From Capsulimonadaceae bacterium (GTDB lineage Bacteria; Armatimonadota; Armatimonadia; Armatimonadales; Capsulimonadaceae): a DNA stretch of 64,000 nt. The position numbers and the translations under genes were made by a program. The stretch is from assembly GCA_965215505.1 (NCBI GenBank), contig OZ244065.1, forward strand, positions 4,320,001-4,384,000. The letters are read 5' to 3'. The notes beneath the pieces are model-generated. The model did no database searches. It had not been told where the DNA came from and saw only the letters and a list, made by a program, of their open reading frames with translations. Below are positions 8,908-21,049 of the stretch, one piece after another (the first letter of the stretch is position 1; each line of letters opens with the position of its first letter).

Positions 8908-9699
8908 ATGCCCCTATCGGGAACACGCCTGACGCTGATCGGCGGCCCAACACTGCTCCTGGAGATCGGCGGCCTCCGCCTGCTGACGGACCCGACCTTT
9001 GACCCGGCCGGCGGCGAGTATCATACCGCCAGAGGTGTCGTGCTACACAAAACGGCCGGACCGGGGCAGGCACCTGAAACGCTGGGCCGCATTGACGTGG
9101 TGCTGCTGTCGCATGACCAGCACTTCGACAACCTAGACACGGCGGGACGTGACCTCCTGCCGTCTGCCGGCAACGTGCTCACCACTGTTTCCGGGGCCGC
9201 GCGCCTCGCGCTGCCGAATAGCGTAGGGCTGGGGCAGTGGCAGAGCGTAGAACTCGCCCTCGCCGGGACTGAAGGCTCAACGCTGCGGGTGACCGGCGTT
9301 CCGGCGCGACACGGACCCGAAGGCATCGAGGCGATGCTCGGGGAGGTCACGGGCTTCGTGCTCGAATGGGGCGACAGCGTCCTCTATCTCTCCGGCGACA
9401 CGGTCTGGTATGAGGGGGTCGCTGAGATCGCCCACCGGTTCCCGCGCGTCGGCGCGGCAGTCCTGTTCCTCGGTGGGGCGCGAGTGGCGCAGGGCGGGCC
9501 GCTCCTGACGATGGACGGTGCGGAGGCCGTGCTGGCGACCCGCGCACTGAACCCGCAGAAGGTCATCCCTGTCCATTATGAAGGCTGGCAGCATTTCCGC
9601 GAGGGACGCGCCCAGGTGGAACAAGCATTCGCGGCGTCGGGCTTATCCGAGCGCCTTCTGTGGCTCCATCCCGGCGAGCCGCAGGAGGTGATGGTCTGA
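8908..9699 (+). CDS. MBL-fold metallo-hydrolase
   Basis: LLTDPTF, LSHDQHFDNLD, PARHGP, SGDTVW, PVHYEGW. Confidence 0.9.
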   Translation: MPLSGTRLTLIGGPTLLLEIGGLRLLTDPTFDPAGGEYHTARGVVLHKTAGPGQAPETLGRIDVVLLSHDQHFDNLDTAGRDLLPSAGNVLTTVSGAARLALPNSVGLGQWQSVELALAGTEGSTLRVTGVPARHGPEGIEAMLGEVTGFVLEWGDSVLYLSGDTVWYEGVAEIAHRFPRVGAAVLFLGGARVAQGGPLLTMDGAEAVLATRALNPQKVIPVHYEGWQHFREGRAQVEQAFAASGLSERLLWLHPGEPQEVMV

Positions 9700-9704
9700 A
9701 CGCA

Positions 9705-9737
9705 AGACGCCCTTCTGCCATCGGCAGGAGGGCGTCT
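9705..9737. terminator. bidirectional hairpin
   Basis: AGACGCCCTTCTGCC-ATC-GGCAGGAGGGCGTCT between convergent genes. Confidence 0.7.
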
Positions 9738-9750
9738 CGTTCTGCGGCTC

Positions 9751-10176
9751 CTACACCAGCTTCGCGTCCAGCACGATCTCCGTCCCGGCCAGCGCCTTGG
9801 AGACGGGGCATCCTGCTTTCGCGCCCGCCGCAAGCTCCTGGAACCTGGCCTCGTCAATGCCCGGCACCGCCCCTTCGGTGGTCAGCTCGATCTTGCTAAT
9901 CGAGAAGCCCGGCCCGTCGGGGCCGAAGTGGACCTTGGCCGACGTGTGGATGCGGTCCGGCGGGAAGCCCGCGTGTTCCAGCATGGCCGAGAACTGCATC
10001 GAGAAGCAGCCCGCATGGGCCGCCCCGATCAGCTCTTCGGGGTTCGTCCCTGTGCCCTCTTCCATGCGCGACTTGAACGAGAACGGGCCTTCGAAGGCAC
10101 CGCTGCCCAGCTTCATCGTGCCCTTGCCGGTCATCAAACCACCCGACCATTGGGCGTCTGCGTTGCGAACTGCCAT
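9751..10176 (-). CDS. osmC: OsmC family peroxiredoxin
   Basis: GTNPEELIGAAHAGCFSM..AKAGCPVSKAL. Confidence 0.95.
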   Translation of the reverse strand: MAVRNADAQWSGGLMTGKGTMKLGSGAFEGPFSFKSRMEEGTGTNPEELIGAAHAGCFSMQFSAMLEHAGFPPDRIHTSAKVHFGPDGPGFSISKIELTTEGAVPGIDEARFQELAAGAKAGCPVSKALAGTEIVLDAKLV

Positions 10177-10211
10177 CTGTTTCTTTTCTCCTCTGAATTG
10201 ATCCGGGGCCT

Positions 10212-11072
10212 TTAGCCTTGGGGGGCGACGCCATGGCTCTTGAGCCAGGCGTACATCTTCTGGTCGCCGTCGGCGGCGTCTTTGGCGTTGTAGGAGGGAC
10301 GGTAGTCGGCGTGAAAGCCGTGGCCCGCGTCCGGGTAGACGGTGATCTGCGAGGTGGCCGCCGTGCCGCCCGCCGCCTTCAGGGCGGCCCGCATCGCCGC
10401 GATGCTCTCCTGCGAGATGCCCTGGTCCTGCCCGCCGTACAGCCCCAGCACGGGGGCCTTGATCTGGGCGGCAAGCTCCGTCGGACTCTGCGGGCGCAGC
10501 ACGTCCCCCTGACCGTCCAAATGCCCGTACCAGGCGATGCCCGCCTTTAGGGTCGGGTTGTGTGCCGCGTACAGCCAGACGATCCGCCCGCCCCAGCAGA
10601 AGCCCGTGATGCCCAGCTTGGACACGTCCCCGTGCCCGCTGTTCTCGGCCCAGATGACGGCCGCATCCAGGTCCGTCATCACCTGCTCGTCAGGCACCTT
10701 GGAGACGATGGGCATGATCTGGCCGATGTCGGCGGCCTTGGACACGTCTCCCTGGCGCGCATATAGCTCGGGCGCGATGGCGAGGTAGCCCTGCTTGGCG
10801 AACCTTCGGCAGACATCCTTGATGTGTTCGTGGACGCCGAAGATCTCCTGTACGACCAATATCACCGGGAATGCCTTGCCCTTGGCGGGCATAGAGTGAT
10901 AGCCGGGGATCGTCCCCTCCGAGGTTGGGATCTGGATCTCCCCCGCCGTCAGCCCCGCCGCGTCCGTGTGGATCGTCTGCGCCGAGACCGGCTGCACGGC
11001 CAGGGCGAAGCCCACCGCCAGACTCGTCTTCATCGTCGTGGCGACGAACTCGCGCCGCGTTACTTCCGTCAT
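10212..11072 (-). CDS. dienelactone hydrolase family protein, Tat signal
   Basis: TRREF Tat motif; [16 protein letters not shown] nucleophile, GHGFHADYR. Confidence 0.93.
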   Translation of the reverse strand: MTEVTRREFVATTMKTSLAVGFALAVQPVSAQTIHTDAAGLTAGEIQIPTSEGTIPGYHSMPAKGKAFPVILVVQEIFGVHEHIKDVCRRFAKQGYLAIAPELYARQGDVSKAADIGQIMPIVSKVPDEQVMTDLDAAVIWAENSGHGDVSKLGITGFCWGGRIVWLYAAHNPTLKAGIAWYGHLDGQGDVLRPQSPTELAAQIKAPVLGLYGGQDQGISQESIAAMRAALKAAGGTAATSQITVYPDAGHGFHADYRPSYNAKDAADGDQKMYAWLKSHGVAPQG

Positions 11073-11085
11073 GTGTGTTTCTCCT

Positions 11086-11928
11086 CTACTTCAGCTCGAA
11101 CCCGCGCTCCTGCAAGACCTGCCGCCAGATGTCGCGGCCTGACAGCGATTCCGGTCCGGCCACGCGCTTGGCGGAGTGGTTGGCCCAGGTCCCCGGTACG
11201 TTCATGTTCTGCGCCTCGTAGAATCCGCGCATCGTCTGGCCGTAGGCCGTGACGGACTCGTCGCGCGCCTGGGCGTCATAGGTCTCGTGGTGAATCAGGC
11301 CGGGCTGGGGGAGGCGCGGCTTCACGGCGGACATGTCCCCGGCGGCAGGGTAGCCTACCGCCAGGCCGAACAGGGCGATGACGCGCGGGGGCAGGTTCAG
11401 TAGGGCAGCCAACTCGCGCGGGTGGTTGCGCGCCCCGCCCACATAGCAGATGCCCAATCCCATGCCCTCGGCGGCGGTCGCGGCGTTCTGTGCGGCAAGC
11501 GAAGCATCAACAACTGCCGTCAGGAACATTTCCAGATAGCCCAATGCCCCACCCGGCATCCCTTCGCGGGCGGAGGCGGCCGTCAAGCGGGCCAGGTCGG
11601 CACAGAAAACCAGGAATAGAGGTGCCTGCCGGATGAAGTCCTGGTCCCCGGACAGCGCCGCCGCCTCGGCCTTGCGGGCGGGGTCCTGGATGGCGACGGC
11701 GCTCCACACCTGCAAGTTGGACGAAGACGCCGCGCTCTGCGCCGCCGCGCCCAGCAGTTCCAGCGTCCCCGGCGGCAGCGGCTCGGGGCTGTAGCGGCGG
11801 ACGGACTTGTGCGCCAGCAGCGTCTCCAGGACGGGGTTGTCGGCGAACGCGCCGGGCGGCAGAGTGGGGGCGTCGGGGCCGTAGCGCTGCGCCAGCAGGC
11901 CCCCGAGCGATTCGGCAGATTCGGTCAT
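11086..11928 (-). CDS. NADPH-dependent FMN oxidoreductase (NfsA/NfrA-like nitroreductase)
   Basis: [46 protein letters not shown]. Confidence 0.9.
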   Translation of the reverse strand: MTESAESLGGLLAQRYGPDAPTLPPGAFADNPVLETLLAHKSVRRYSPEPLPPGTLELLGAAAQSAASSSNLQVWSAVAIQDPARKAEAAALSGDQDFIRQAPLFLVFCADLARLTAASAREGMPGGALGYLEMFLTAVVDASLAAQNAATAAEGMGLGICYVGGARNHPRELAALLNLPPRVIALFGLAVGYPAAGDMSAVKPRLPQPGLIHHETYDAQARDESVTAYGQTMRGFYEAQNMNVPGTWANHSAKRVAGPESLSGRDIWRQVLQERGFELK

Positions 11929-11970
11929 GCCGCTTCAACAGGAATTAGGGGCCGGGGAGTTCCCGGCGCC

Positions 11971-12143
11971 TGCCACGGGTTGAAACCCGAGGCACCGAAG
12001 TTCCCAGCGTCCAGGGGACGCAAGAAGGGAAGATGTTGCCGCGTAGGGGCGGGGTCCCCCCGCCCTCCTATCCTGATTCTTGCTTTGTCCTAACGTCGCT
12101 TCGACGGCGGGCTTTTCTGCGCCTCGGGTTTCAGCCCGTGGCA
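11971..12143. repeat. composite REPIN-like element with nested GTAG-REP
   Basis: 23-bp terminal inverted repeats TGCCACGGG(T/C)TGAAACCCGAGGC (1 mismatch), internal GTCCAGGGGAC, and GTAGGGGCGGGGTCCCCCCGCCC at 12043-12065. Confidence 0.7.
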
Positions 12144-12174
12144 ATCCGCCTTCCGTTCTGGTACACTCCCAGTC

Positions 12175-14381
<2,207 letters not shown>

Positions 14382-14446
14382 ACCGTCCCGCTCACGAATA
14401 GGTCAAGGGGGCGCGGTTCGCCGCGCCCCCGTTAGCCCTATCTCCA

Positions 14447-15718
14447 CTAGCCGTGCAGAGGTTTTTTCCGCGACGGGGCGGTCAAACCCTTCGGAACCTG
14501 TGACTTCGAGACGACGTAGCCGACCTCGATCCGGTCCCCTTCCCGCCAGCGCCGCGCCAGAAGTGCGTAGCCGCCCGCAGGTGCCGGCGTCGCCTGCGCG
14601 ACGCCGTTGATCCATATCCTGGCGGGCTGTCCGGGCGGCAGGAAGACGCGCAGCCAGGCCGCCCGAGGCGTTGCCGTGCCCACGGTGATCGCCCGGACGC
14701 CCCCGGCCGTCTTCTGCTCCAGGCGGAGGCCGTGGAAGACGGCGGCCGAGTCGCGGCGCGTGTTCACCGCCAGCCCCAGCGGGGCGCGCGTCCAGGCCGC
14801 CCGCGCCATCTCCGGCCCGTCCGGCGGCAGGCGCTCCAGGGCGGCGGCATAGCCGGGCCGGCCGGTCAGCAGCAGCATCTCGGCGGTCAGGGCCTGGGAG
14901 TGCGGCCCGCGCGCCCATTCCTGCCGCGCCCGTGCCAGCAAGGCCGGCTGCCCCGTTGCCTCATAAAGCGCGCACAGGCCCAGGCCGTCGCCATTGTCTG
15001 ACCCGTCGCTCAGGGCGGCCTGCCGGCGGGCGGCGGTGAGGAAGCGCGGGTCGTCGGTCTCCTGGAACAGCCGCGCCAGCGGGTAGATCCAGGCCGGGTC
15101 CGGCCGGCTCTGGGCGGCAGCGGCCATCCGTCCGCCCGCCGAAAGCGCGGCCTGGATCGCCGCCGGCCGCCCCGCCGCCGCGTAGTAGGCCAGGAGACCG
15201 CGCAGGCACGACCGCTGCGCCGCCGCCTCGGCGGGCGACCAGGGCCGACGGGCCGCGCTTGGGGCCGAACCGCCCGGCCCGAATGTCCCGTCCTCCGCCT
15301 GAGTCGCCAGCAGGCGGTTCGCCACCCGGTCCTGCTTGGCCGTCAGGGAGTCCGGCTCGCGGCCCCAGGCACAGGCCGCTTCCAGCCAGGCCCCGGCCGC
15401 CCCCGCGTCGCCTCTGCCGGGGCGTTCGAGTCCCGCCAGCAGGCGATCCTCGTCGGCCCGCAGCAGCGCGGCCACCCACGGGTTGCCGGGGATGCGGACT
15501 GCCCCCGGCGGGGCGGGCGGGAGCCGGAAGAAGGGAGACGGCGCGGCGGGCGGCGGGGGACGGCGCTCCCAGACGGGGAGGTTGACCGTCTCGAACCGTG
15601 AGGGGGAGTGGCCCCGGCACAGCAGGGCGAAAAACGGGGCGGGGCCGAGCAGCAGGAAGCCGAGGGCCAGCGGGCCGAGGCGAGCGTATCGGGATGGGCG
15701 CAGGGCGGTACGGGACAT
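14447..15718 (-). CDS. membrane-anchored degenerate GH127 (beta-L-arabinofuranosidase)-like protein
   Basis: GAWLEAA, LATQAEDG, GLLAYY, LARLFQETDDPRFL, LYEATG, GGYALLARRWREGDRIEV resemble the GH127 scaffold; shortened. Confidence 0.55.
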   Translation of the reverse strand: MSRTALRPSRYARLGPLALGFLLLGPAPFFALLCRGHSPSRFETVNLPVWERRPPPPAAPSPFFRLPPAPPGAVRIPGNPWVAALLRADEDRLLAGLERPGRGDAGAAGAWLEAACAWGREPDSLTAKQDRVANRLLATQAEDGTFGPGGSAPSAARRPWSPAEAAAQRSCLRGLLAYYAAAGRPAAIQAALSAGGRMAAAAQSRPDPAWIYPLARLFQETDDPRFLTAARRQAALSDGSDNGDGLGLCALYEATGQPALLARARQEWARGPHSQALTAEMLLLTGRPGYAAALERLPPDGPEMARAAWTRAPLGLAVNTRRDSAAVFHGLRLEQKTAGGVRAITVGTATPRAAWLRVFLPPGQPARIWINGVAQATPAPAGGYALLARRWREGDRIEVGYVVSKSQVPKGLTAPSRKKPLHG

Positions 15719-15866
15719 GCCCTGATTATACCCGACCCCGTCAGACCCTCTCCCGTGCGGCGGCATCTTGACAGCCTGGCCCGCTGGCGGGTAGATTGAT
15801 GTACGAAACCGTGTCCGCCGCAGGCGGCTTCACGCACCGCAGGTTTTATCGTCTCGGACGGCGGCC

Positions 15867-16673
15867 ATGAAAAACGCAGCACCAAAAAACAGCGCGCCCT
15901 CGGAAACGCAAGGGGGGCCTCCGGCCCGTCCCAGGCCGTTTGAAGGGGTCACGATCCTGGGCGTCCGGGTGGACTGCATCTCCCCCGCCGAGACTCTGGC
16001 CGAGATAGACCGCTTCGTCGCCGCGCGGACTCCCCACCACATCGTCACTGCCGACGCCTCCATGGTGATCACGGCCCGGCACGACCCCGCGCTGCGGGCC
16101 ATCATCGAGGGGGCGGACCTTGTGACCCCGGACGGCTTCGGCATCCTGTGGGCCTCGCGCCAGGTGCGGACGCCGGTCCCGTACAAAGTCTCGGGCGTGG
16201 ATCTGGTCGGGGAGTTGTGCCGTCTGTCGCCGACGAAGGGCTACCGCATCTTCTTCTTCGGGGCCGGGCCGGGGGTGGCCGAGGAGGCCGCCGTCAAGAT
16301 GCGCGCCGAGTATCCGGGCACCCAGATCGTCGGGACGCGCGACGGCTTCTTCACGCCCGCGCAGGAGCCGGAGGTCGTGGCGCAGATCCAGGCCGCCCGC
16401 CCCGACATCGTCCTGGTCGCCCTGGGCATCCCCAAACAGGAGAAGTGGATCACCCGCTACAAAGGCGTACTCGGGGCCTCCGTCCTCGTCGGCGTCGGCG
16501 GCTCCTTCGACGTCTTTTCGGGCCGCGTCCGTCGCGCGCCGCCCTTCATGCAGCAGCACGGCTTCGAGTGGCTGTACCGCCTGTACAAGAACCCCCGGAA
16601 ATTCGCCAAAGTGATGACCCTGCCGGAATTCGCCTGGCTCACCCTGCGCCAGCGTTTCGGCGGCGCCGCCTGA
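15867..16673 (+). CDS. WecB/TagA/CpsF family glycosyltransferase
   Basis: DLVTPDGFGI, VSGVDL, VALGIPKQEKWI, GVGGSFD, RAP..EWLYRL. Confidence 0.95.
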   Translation: MKNAAPKNSAPSETQGGPPARPRPFEGVTILGVRVDCISPAETLAEIDRFVAARTPHHIVTADASMVITARHDPALRAIIEGADLVTPDGFGILWASRQVRTPVPYKVSGVDLVGELCRLSPTKGYRIFFFGAGPGVAEEAAVKMRAEYPGTQIVGTRDGFFTPAQEPEVVAQIQAARPDIVLVALGIPKQEKWITRYKGVLGASVLVGVGGSFDVFSGRVRRAPPFMQQHGFEWLYRLYKNPRKFAKVMTLPEFAWLTLRQRFGGAA

Positions 16674-16702
16674 CAGGACATGACCCGCCCCCCAAGCCGG
16701 GT

Positions 16703-16882
16703 CTACTTCTTCGGCGTCTTCGGTGGGTCAGGCGTCTTAGTGATCGGGCCGATCACGATGGGGATTTTGCCGTCCTTCCCCTTCTTATCGCCCGCGAATG
16801 CGGCCTGCGGCGCGGCCAGCGCGCTGCCCAGCGTCAGGCCGGCCAGTGCGATCAGCCACCCGCGCGTGTTCTTCTGTTTCAT
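16703..16882 (-). CDS. 59-aa secreted Lys/Pro-rich peptide (not in ORF track)
   Basis: Manual translation MKQKNTRGWLIALAGLTLGSALAAPQAAFA-GDKKGKDGKIPIVIGPITKTPDPPKTPKK*; GAGGAGG RBS upstream. Confidence 0.7.
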   Translation of the reverse strand: MKQKNTRGWLIALAGLTLGSALAAPQAAFAGDKKGKDGKIPIVIGPITKTPDPPKTPKK

Positions 16883-16956
16883 GGTCGTTCATCCTCCTCG
16901 GACACTGTTTAGTCGCCAAAACGACGCAAAATGTTCCCGCTAACTCTGCTCACCGC

Positions 16957-18054
16957 TCACAAATCCGGCAGCGTCACTCCCCAGCCCGCCCCGGCATCTT
17001 CAGCCATGACGATCTCCTCGCCTTCCGCCGTGAACCCGCCGGAAAGGCCCGGTATCGGGCGCAGGAGGCGGTGCGAGTCTAAGTCCAGGTAGTCGAACGC
17101 GCCCGTGCCCGCCGCGACCTGGGCGGCGGCGGCGATGCCCAGCCCCGTTTCCAGCATGCAGCCCAGCATCAGCTTCTTGCCGGACGCCCGGCAGAGCGCG
17201 ATGATCTGCAATGCGCCGACGATTCCCGACTTCATCAGCTTGACGTTTACCCCGTCCACCGCGTCCTCACCCAGCAGGCGCTGGACCTCGGAGGGGGTGC
17301 GCGCGGCCTCATCGGCGAACACCGGCATTCCGGCCCGTTCGCGGACGTATCTCAGGCCCGCCACATCCCCAGCCGCCACGGGCTGTTCCAGCAGGTCTAT
17401 CGCCGCCCCCGTCGCGGCCAAAGCGCGGGCGAACGCGACCGCCTCGTCCGGCGCGAAGGCCTGGTTGGCGTCTATCCGCAGGCGGACGCCGGGCACGGCC
17501 CGGACGATCTCCCCGATGCGGGCGAGGTCGGCGGCAGGCCCTTCCGGGTCACCGACCTTGATTTTGAGCGACCGGAACCCCTCAGCCCAAGCGGCCCCGG
17601 CGAGGGCGGCGGCTTCGTCCAGGGGGACCAGCGGAATCGTCAGGTCCGTCGTCACCCGCGCCGATGCCCCCCCGAAGTGCTGCCAAAGCGGCAGGCCCCG
17701 GTGACGTGCCCAGACGTCGTACAGCGCCATCTCCAGCCCCGCCCGCGCGGCGGGCGCGTCGTGCAGCAGGTCATTGGCCAGAGCGAGGAGCGGCTGGAGC
17801 CGGTCGGTCGGCATCCCCTCGAGACGCGGGCCGACCGCAGCCAGGGCCGTTTCCACCGACTCGACGCTCTCGCCAGTCACATAGCCGACCGGGCAGCTCG
17901 CTCCGACCCCGGCCTCGCCCGTTTCCGTCGCGACATGGACACGCACGTTGCGTGCGTCGTGCGCGCTGCGCGCGGCGATGACGAACGGCGCGACGAGCGG
18001 CAGCGTCCAGGGCCGGGCGCGGACGGAGATGATACGCATGGCCTCGTTACGCAT
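16957..18054 (-). CDS. dipeptide epimerase (L-Ala-D/L-Glu epimerase, enolase superfamily)
   Basis: LKIKVG, RIDANQ, LLEQPV, FADEA, NVKLMKSG, GCMLET, DLD. Confidence 0.9.
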   Translation of the reverse strand: MRNEAMRIISVRARPWTLPLVAPFVIAARSAHDARNVRVHVATETGEAGVGASCPVGYVTGESVESVETALAAVGPRLEGMPTDRLQPLLALANDLLHDAPAARAGLEMALYDVWARHRGLPLWQHFGGASARVTTDLTIPLVPLDEAAALAGAAWAEGFRSLKIKVGDPEGPAADLARIGEIVRAVPGVRLRIDANQAFAPDEAVAFARALAATGAAIDLLEQPVAAGDVAGLRYVRERAGMPVFADEAARTPSEVQRLLGEDAVDGVNVKLMKSGIVGALQIIALCRASGKKLMLGCMLETGLGIAAAAQVAAGTGAFDYLDLDSHRLLRPIPGLSGGFTAEGEEIVMAEDAGAGWGVTLPDL

Positions 18055-18382
18055 GCCCCCATTGTACCGCACTTGGCGGCCGAGCGCAAGCGGAGGCGGC
18101 TGTGGGTCAGGGCGACCGCATACCGACGTTGTTTCCGTGCCATGACCCGCCGATGCCAGGAATGGCACGGCTATCCCTGCTGAGTGCCGCAGATTTGAGT
18201 GCCGCGAAGCGGTACTTCCTGGCGTCCTCGCCGCGTAGCCGTGCGTTTCAACGCACGGTCGGGGTTGGATGCGATTGCCCTGGCAAGTTTGTCTCGCCTG
18301 CCTGAAGTTTGTCCCGCCTGCCTGCCGGGTAGAGTCAAGCACAAACCGTTTCGCAGTCGCTCTTCAAAGGAGAAATCTCACC

Positions 18383-19225
18383 ATGGCACATCTGTATGCT
18401 TCATTCGCGGACGCCTCGCTGGCGGAAAAGGCGGCAGGCGCCCTGCTCGATCATGGGGTCCGCCAGGAAGACCTCAGCCTGGTCGCGAACGACCAGTATG
18501 GCCAGACGCGCGAGGCTTATACCACCCACGGCGTGAACCCCCAGTACGGTACGGCAGCCGCCGAGGCGGGCGTCGGGGGCATCGGCGATCGACTGGCGCA
18601 GACCGGCGACCGGCTCGCCGGGTCGGTCACGGGCGCGTTCGGCGCGGAAGGCGCGGCGGCCGGTTACGAGACGGCGGCGGCGGAGCGCGCGGGCAACGTG
18701 GGCGTCGGGACGGTCGGGACCATCGGTAACGCGGGCGTCTACAGCACCGGCACCCCGACGACGGCCGTTGCCGGGGACCTCAACCCGCTGGACCACGGCG
18801 GCCCGGACTCGGCCATGAGCCAGGGCGATGCTGCTACGGCGGCCAAGCACGGCATCAGCACGACGACTCCCGAGGACGCGGGCGAAGGCGCGGTCAAAGG
18901 GACGGGCATCGGCCTTGGGGTCGGAATCCTGGCCAGCCTGGCGGCCCTGACTGTGCCCGGCATCGGCCTGGTCCTTGGCGGCGGCGCTCTCGCCGCTGCC
19001 CTGGGCGCGACGGCCCTGACGGCGGGCGCGGGGGCCATCGCGGGTGGCGCGACCGGCTACCTCAAGGACCAGGGCGTCCCGCACGAGGCGGCCGAGCGCT
19101 ACCACGGCACGGTGGCTGGCGGCGGTGCGGTTCTCTCGGTCAACGTCCCCTCGGGCGACGTTGACCAGGCGACGGCCGAGGGCGTCCTGTCCAAGTACGG
19201 CGCGGCGGACGTGAACGCCTACTGA
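18383..19225 (+). CDS. general stress protein-like (YflT-type) Gly/Ala-rich membrane protein
   Basis: LYASFADASLAEKAAGALLDHG..DLSLV; LAALTVPGIGLVLGGG..GVPHEAAERY; AAGGAG RBS. Confidence 0.75.
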   Translation: MAHLYASFADASLAEKAAGALLDHGVRQEDLSLVANDQYGQTREAYTTHGVNPQYGTAAAEAGVGGIGDRLAQTGDRLAGSVTGAFGAEGAAAGYETAAAERAGNVGVGTVGTIGNAGVYSTGTPTTAVAGDLNPLDHGGPDSAMSQGDAATAAKHGISTTTPEDAGEGAVKGTGIGLGVGILASLAALTVPGIGLVLGGGALAAALGATALTAGAGAIAGGATGYLKDQGVPHEAAERYHGTVAGGGAVLSVNVPSGDVDQATAEGVLSKYGAADVNAY

Positions 19226-19264
19226 TCCGAAGGCGGCCAACCGAAAATCCTTCCGAAAGACTCC

Positions 19265-19293
19265 TTGACAAGCGGGGAGAGACGTGTTAGAAT
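19265..19293 (+). promoter_or_regulatory. consensus sigma70 promoter of the pil operon
   Basis: TTGACA-17nt-TAGAAT. Confidence 0.8.
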
Positions 19294-19432
19294 AGGGGGC
19301 GTGGAGGAATCCACGTCCTCTTTTTTCAGTCCGCGCACCCAGGGACCAGCACTTTCCCAACGCGCCCCACGCGACATAAACGAATTTTATGATGAAAACG
19401 AGCGCAAGACCAAAGCGAGATCGAGGTAGCTT

Positions 19433-20986
19433 ATGCCCGCCGGGCCACTGATCGGAATTGATATCGGGTCGCAGCAGATCAAGATCGCCGAGTTGCGCCC
19501 CGGCAAGACCGGGCTGACCGTCACCGCCCTCGGCCTCGGGCCGACTCCGGCCGGCGTCGTCCAGAACAGCATCATCACCGACCCCGCCGCCATGGGGGCC
19601 GCCATCAAGAGCCTCATGCGCGAGAGCGGCATCACCATCAAGCGCGCCGTCGGCTGCATCACCGGCCAGAACGCCGTCGTCATCCGCATCATCGAAGTCC
19701 CGCGTATGACCGACGCCGAGCTGAAAGAAACCATGAAGTGGGAGGTCGAGCGGCACGTCCCGTTCGCGCCCTCCGAGACCGTCCTGGACTACCAGCCGCT
19801 CGTCCCGCGCACGGCTGAGGCCGCCAGTGGCCCCAACATGGAGGTGCTGCTCGCCGTCGCACAGCAGGACGCCGTTTCCAACTACATTGACACCCTGTTC
19901 GCGGCGGGCCTCGACCCCGTCGCCATTGACATCGAGCCGCTGGCGATCTCGCGGGCCATCCTGGACCTCCAGAACGGCGTCCCCGTCGCCCGGCCCCAGG
20001 TGCCGTTCGGTGAGCCGGCCTTCGCCGACGGCCCCGAAGAGACGGTCGCCATCGTCAACATCGGTGCGGCCAACACCGACATCGCCATCTTCCAGGGCGG
20101 CCAGCTCACCTTCCCCCGCTCCCTGCCCCTCGCCGGGGACAGCCTGACGCGCGCCATCGCCGAGGCGATGCAGTACACCATGGAACAGGCCGAGCGCGTC
20201 AAGCGCGACTACGCCGTCGTCCAGCTCGACCGCATGGCCGTTTACACCGGCACCGCCTACGAGGAGGGCTACGAGACGCCGCAGTTCCAGGATGAGGACA
20301 ACTTCAATCTCGGCGACGACAACCCGTTCGACCTCGGCGGGCAGAGCGCCGAATTCGGCAACGCCTTCGGCACCCCCTTCGGCGGAGCCTCCGATGCGCC
20401 CCTCGGCGGCACCGCCTTCGGCGGCGGTCCTGCCTTCGACGACCAGGAGCGGACTCAGCCCATCGAGCGGCGCACGCTCAATCTCGCCCGGCCCGCGACC
20501 TCCGACGCGCCCCCCGCCTTCATGCCGCCCACCGACGATGCCGGGTTTGGGATGGCGGGTGCGGGCGGCGGCCCGGACGAGTCCAAGCTGCGTGACGACA
20601 TCTTCGAAGCCATCGCGCCCGTCCTGGGCGAGCTGGCCTCCGAGATCCGGCGCTCCTTCGACTACTACCGCAGCCGGGGCGCGCAGGTGTCCATTGACCG
20701 TGTGCTGCTGACCGGCGGCAGTGCTGGCCTGGCGAACCTCGCCGCCTTCCTCCAGAACGAGCTGCAAGCGCCGGTCGCCGTCGCCAGCGCGCTCACCGCC
20801 CTCCCGGTCACGTCCAAGCACTTCGACCCGTCCTACCTGCCGACCATCGGACCCGCCTTCACCATCGCCGTCGGCCTGGCCGCGCGGGACGTCGTCTTCG
20901 GCGCGAACCCGATGCCCAAGAAGCCCAAGCCGGTCAAGGCGGCCAAAGTGGCTGCCGGATCGGTCACGGCCCCCCCGGCTTCCTAA
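19433..20986 (+). CDS. pilM: type IV pilus assembly protein PilM
   Basis: IGIDIGSQQIKIAEL, WEVERHVPF..LDYQ, VNIGA..T, EIRRSFDYY, LTGGSA, IAVGLAAR; contains an acidic insertion. Confidence 0.93.
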   Translation: MPAGPLIGIDIGSQQIKIAELRPGKTGLTVTALGLGPTPAGVVQNSIITDPAAMGAAIKSLMRESGITIKRAVGCITGQNAVVIRIIEVPRMTDAELKETMKWEVERHVPFAPSETVLDYQPLVPRTAEAASGPNMEVLLAVAQQDAVSNYIDTLFAAGLDPVAIDIEPLAISRAILDLQNGVPVARPQVPFGEPAFADGPEETVAIVNIGAANTDIAIFQGGQLTFPRSLPLAGDSLTRAIAEAMQYTMEQAERVKRDYAVVQLDRMAVYTGTAYEEGYETPQFQDEDNFNLGDDNPFDLGGQSAEFGNAFGTPFGGASDAPLGGTAFGGGPAFDDQERTQPIERRTLNLARPATSDAPPAFMPPTDDAGFGMAGAGGGPDESKLRDDIFEAIAPVLGELASEIRRSFDYYRSRGAQVSIDRVLLTGGSAGLANLAAFLQNELQAPVAVASALTALPVTSKHFDPSYLPTIGPAFTIAVGLAARDVVFGANPMPKKPKPVKAAKVAAGSVTAPPAS

Positions 20987-21049
20987 AGGGCCGTCCCGAA
21001 ACCGACCCGTCCGAGAGACACCCGCCCGAGAGACACCCGAGAGATCACA

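Noticed and set aside
21006-21046. Short CCCGAGAGACA repeats between pilM and pilN
   Set aside because: Only about three degenerate copies; most likely local slippage.
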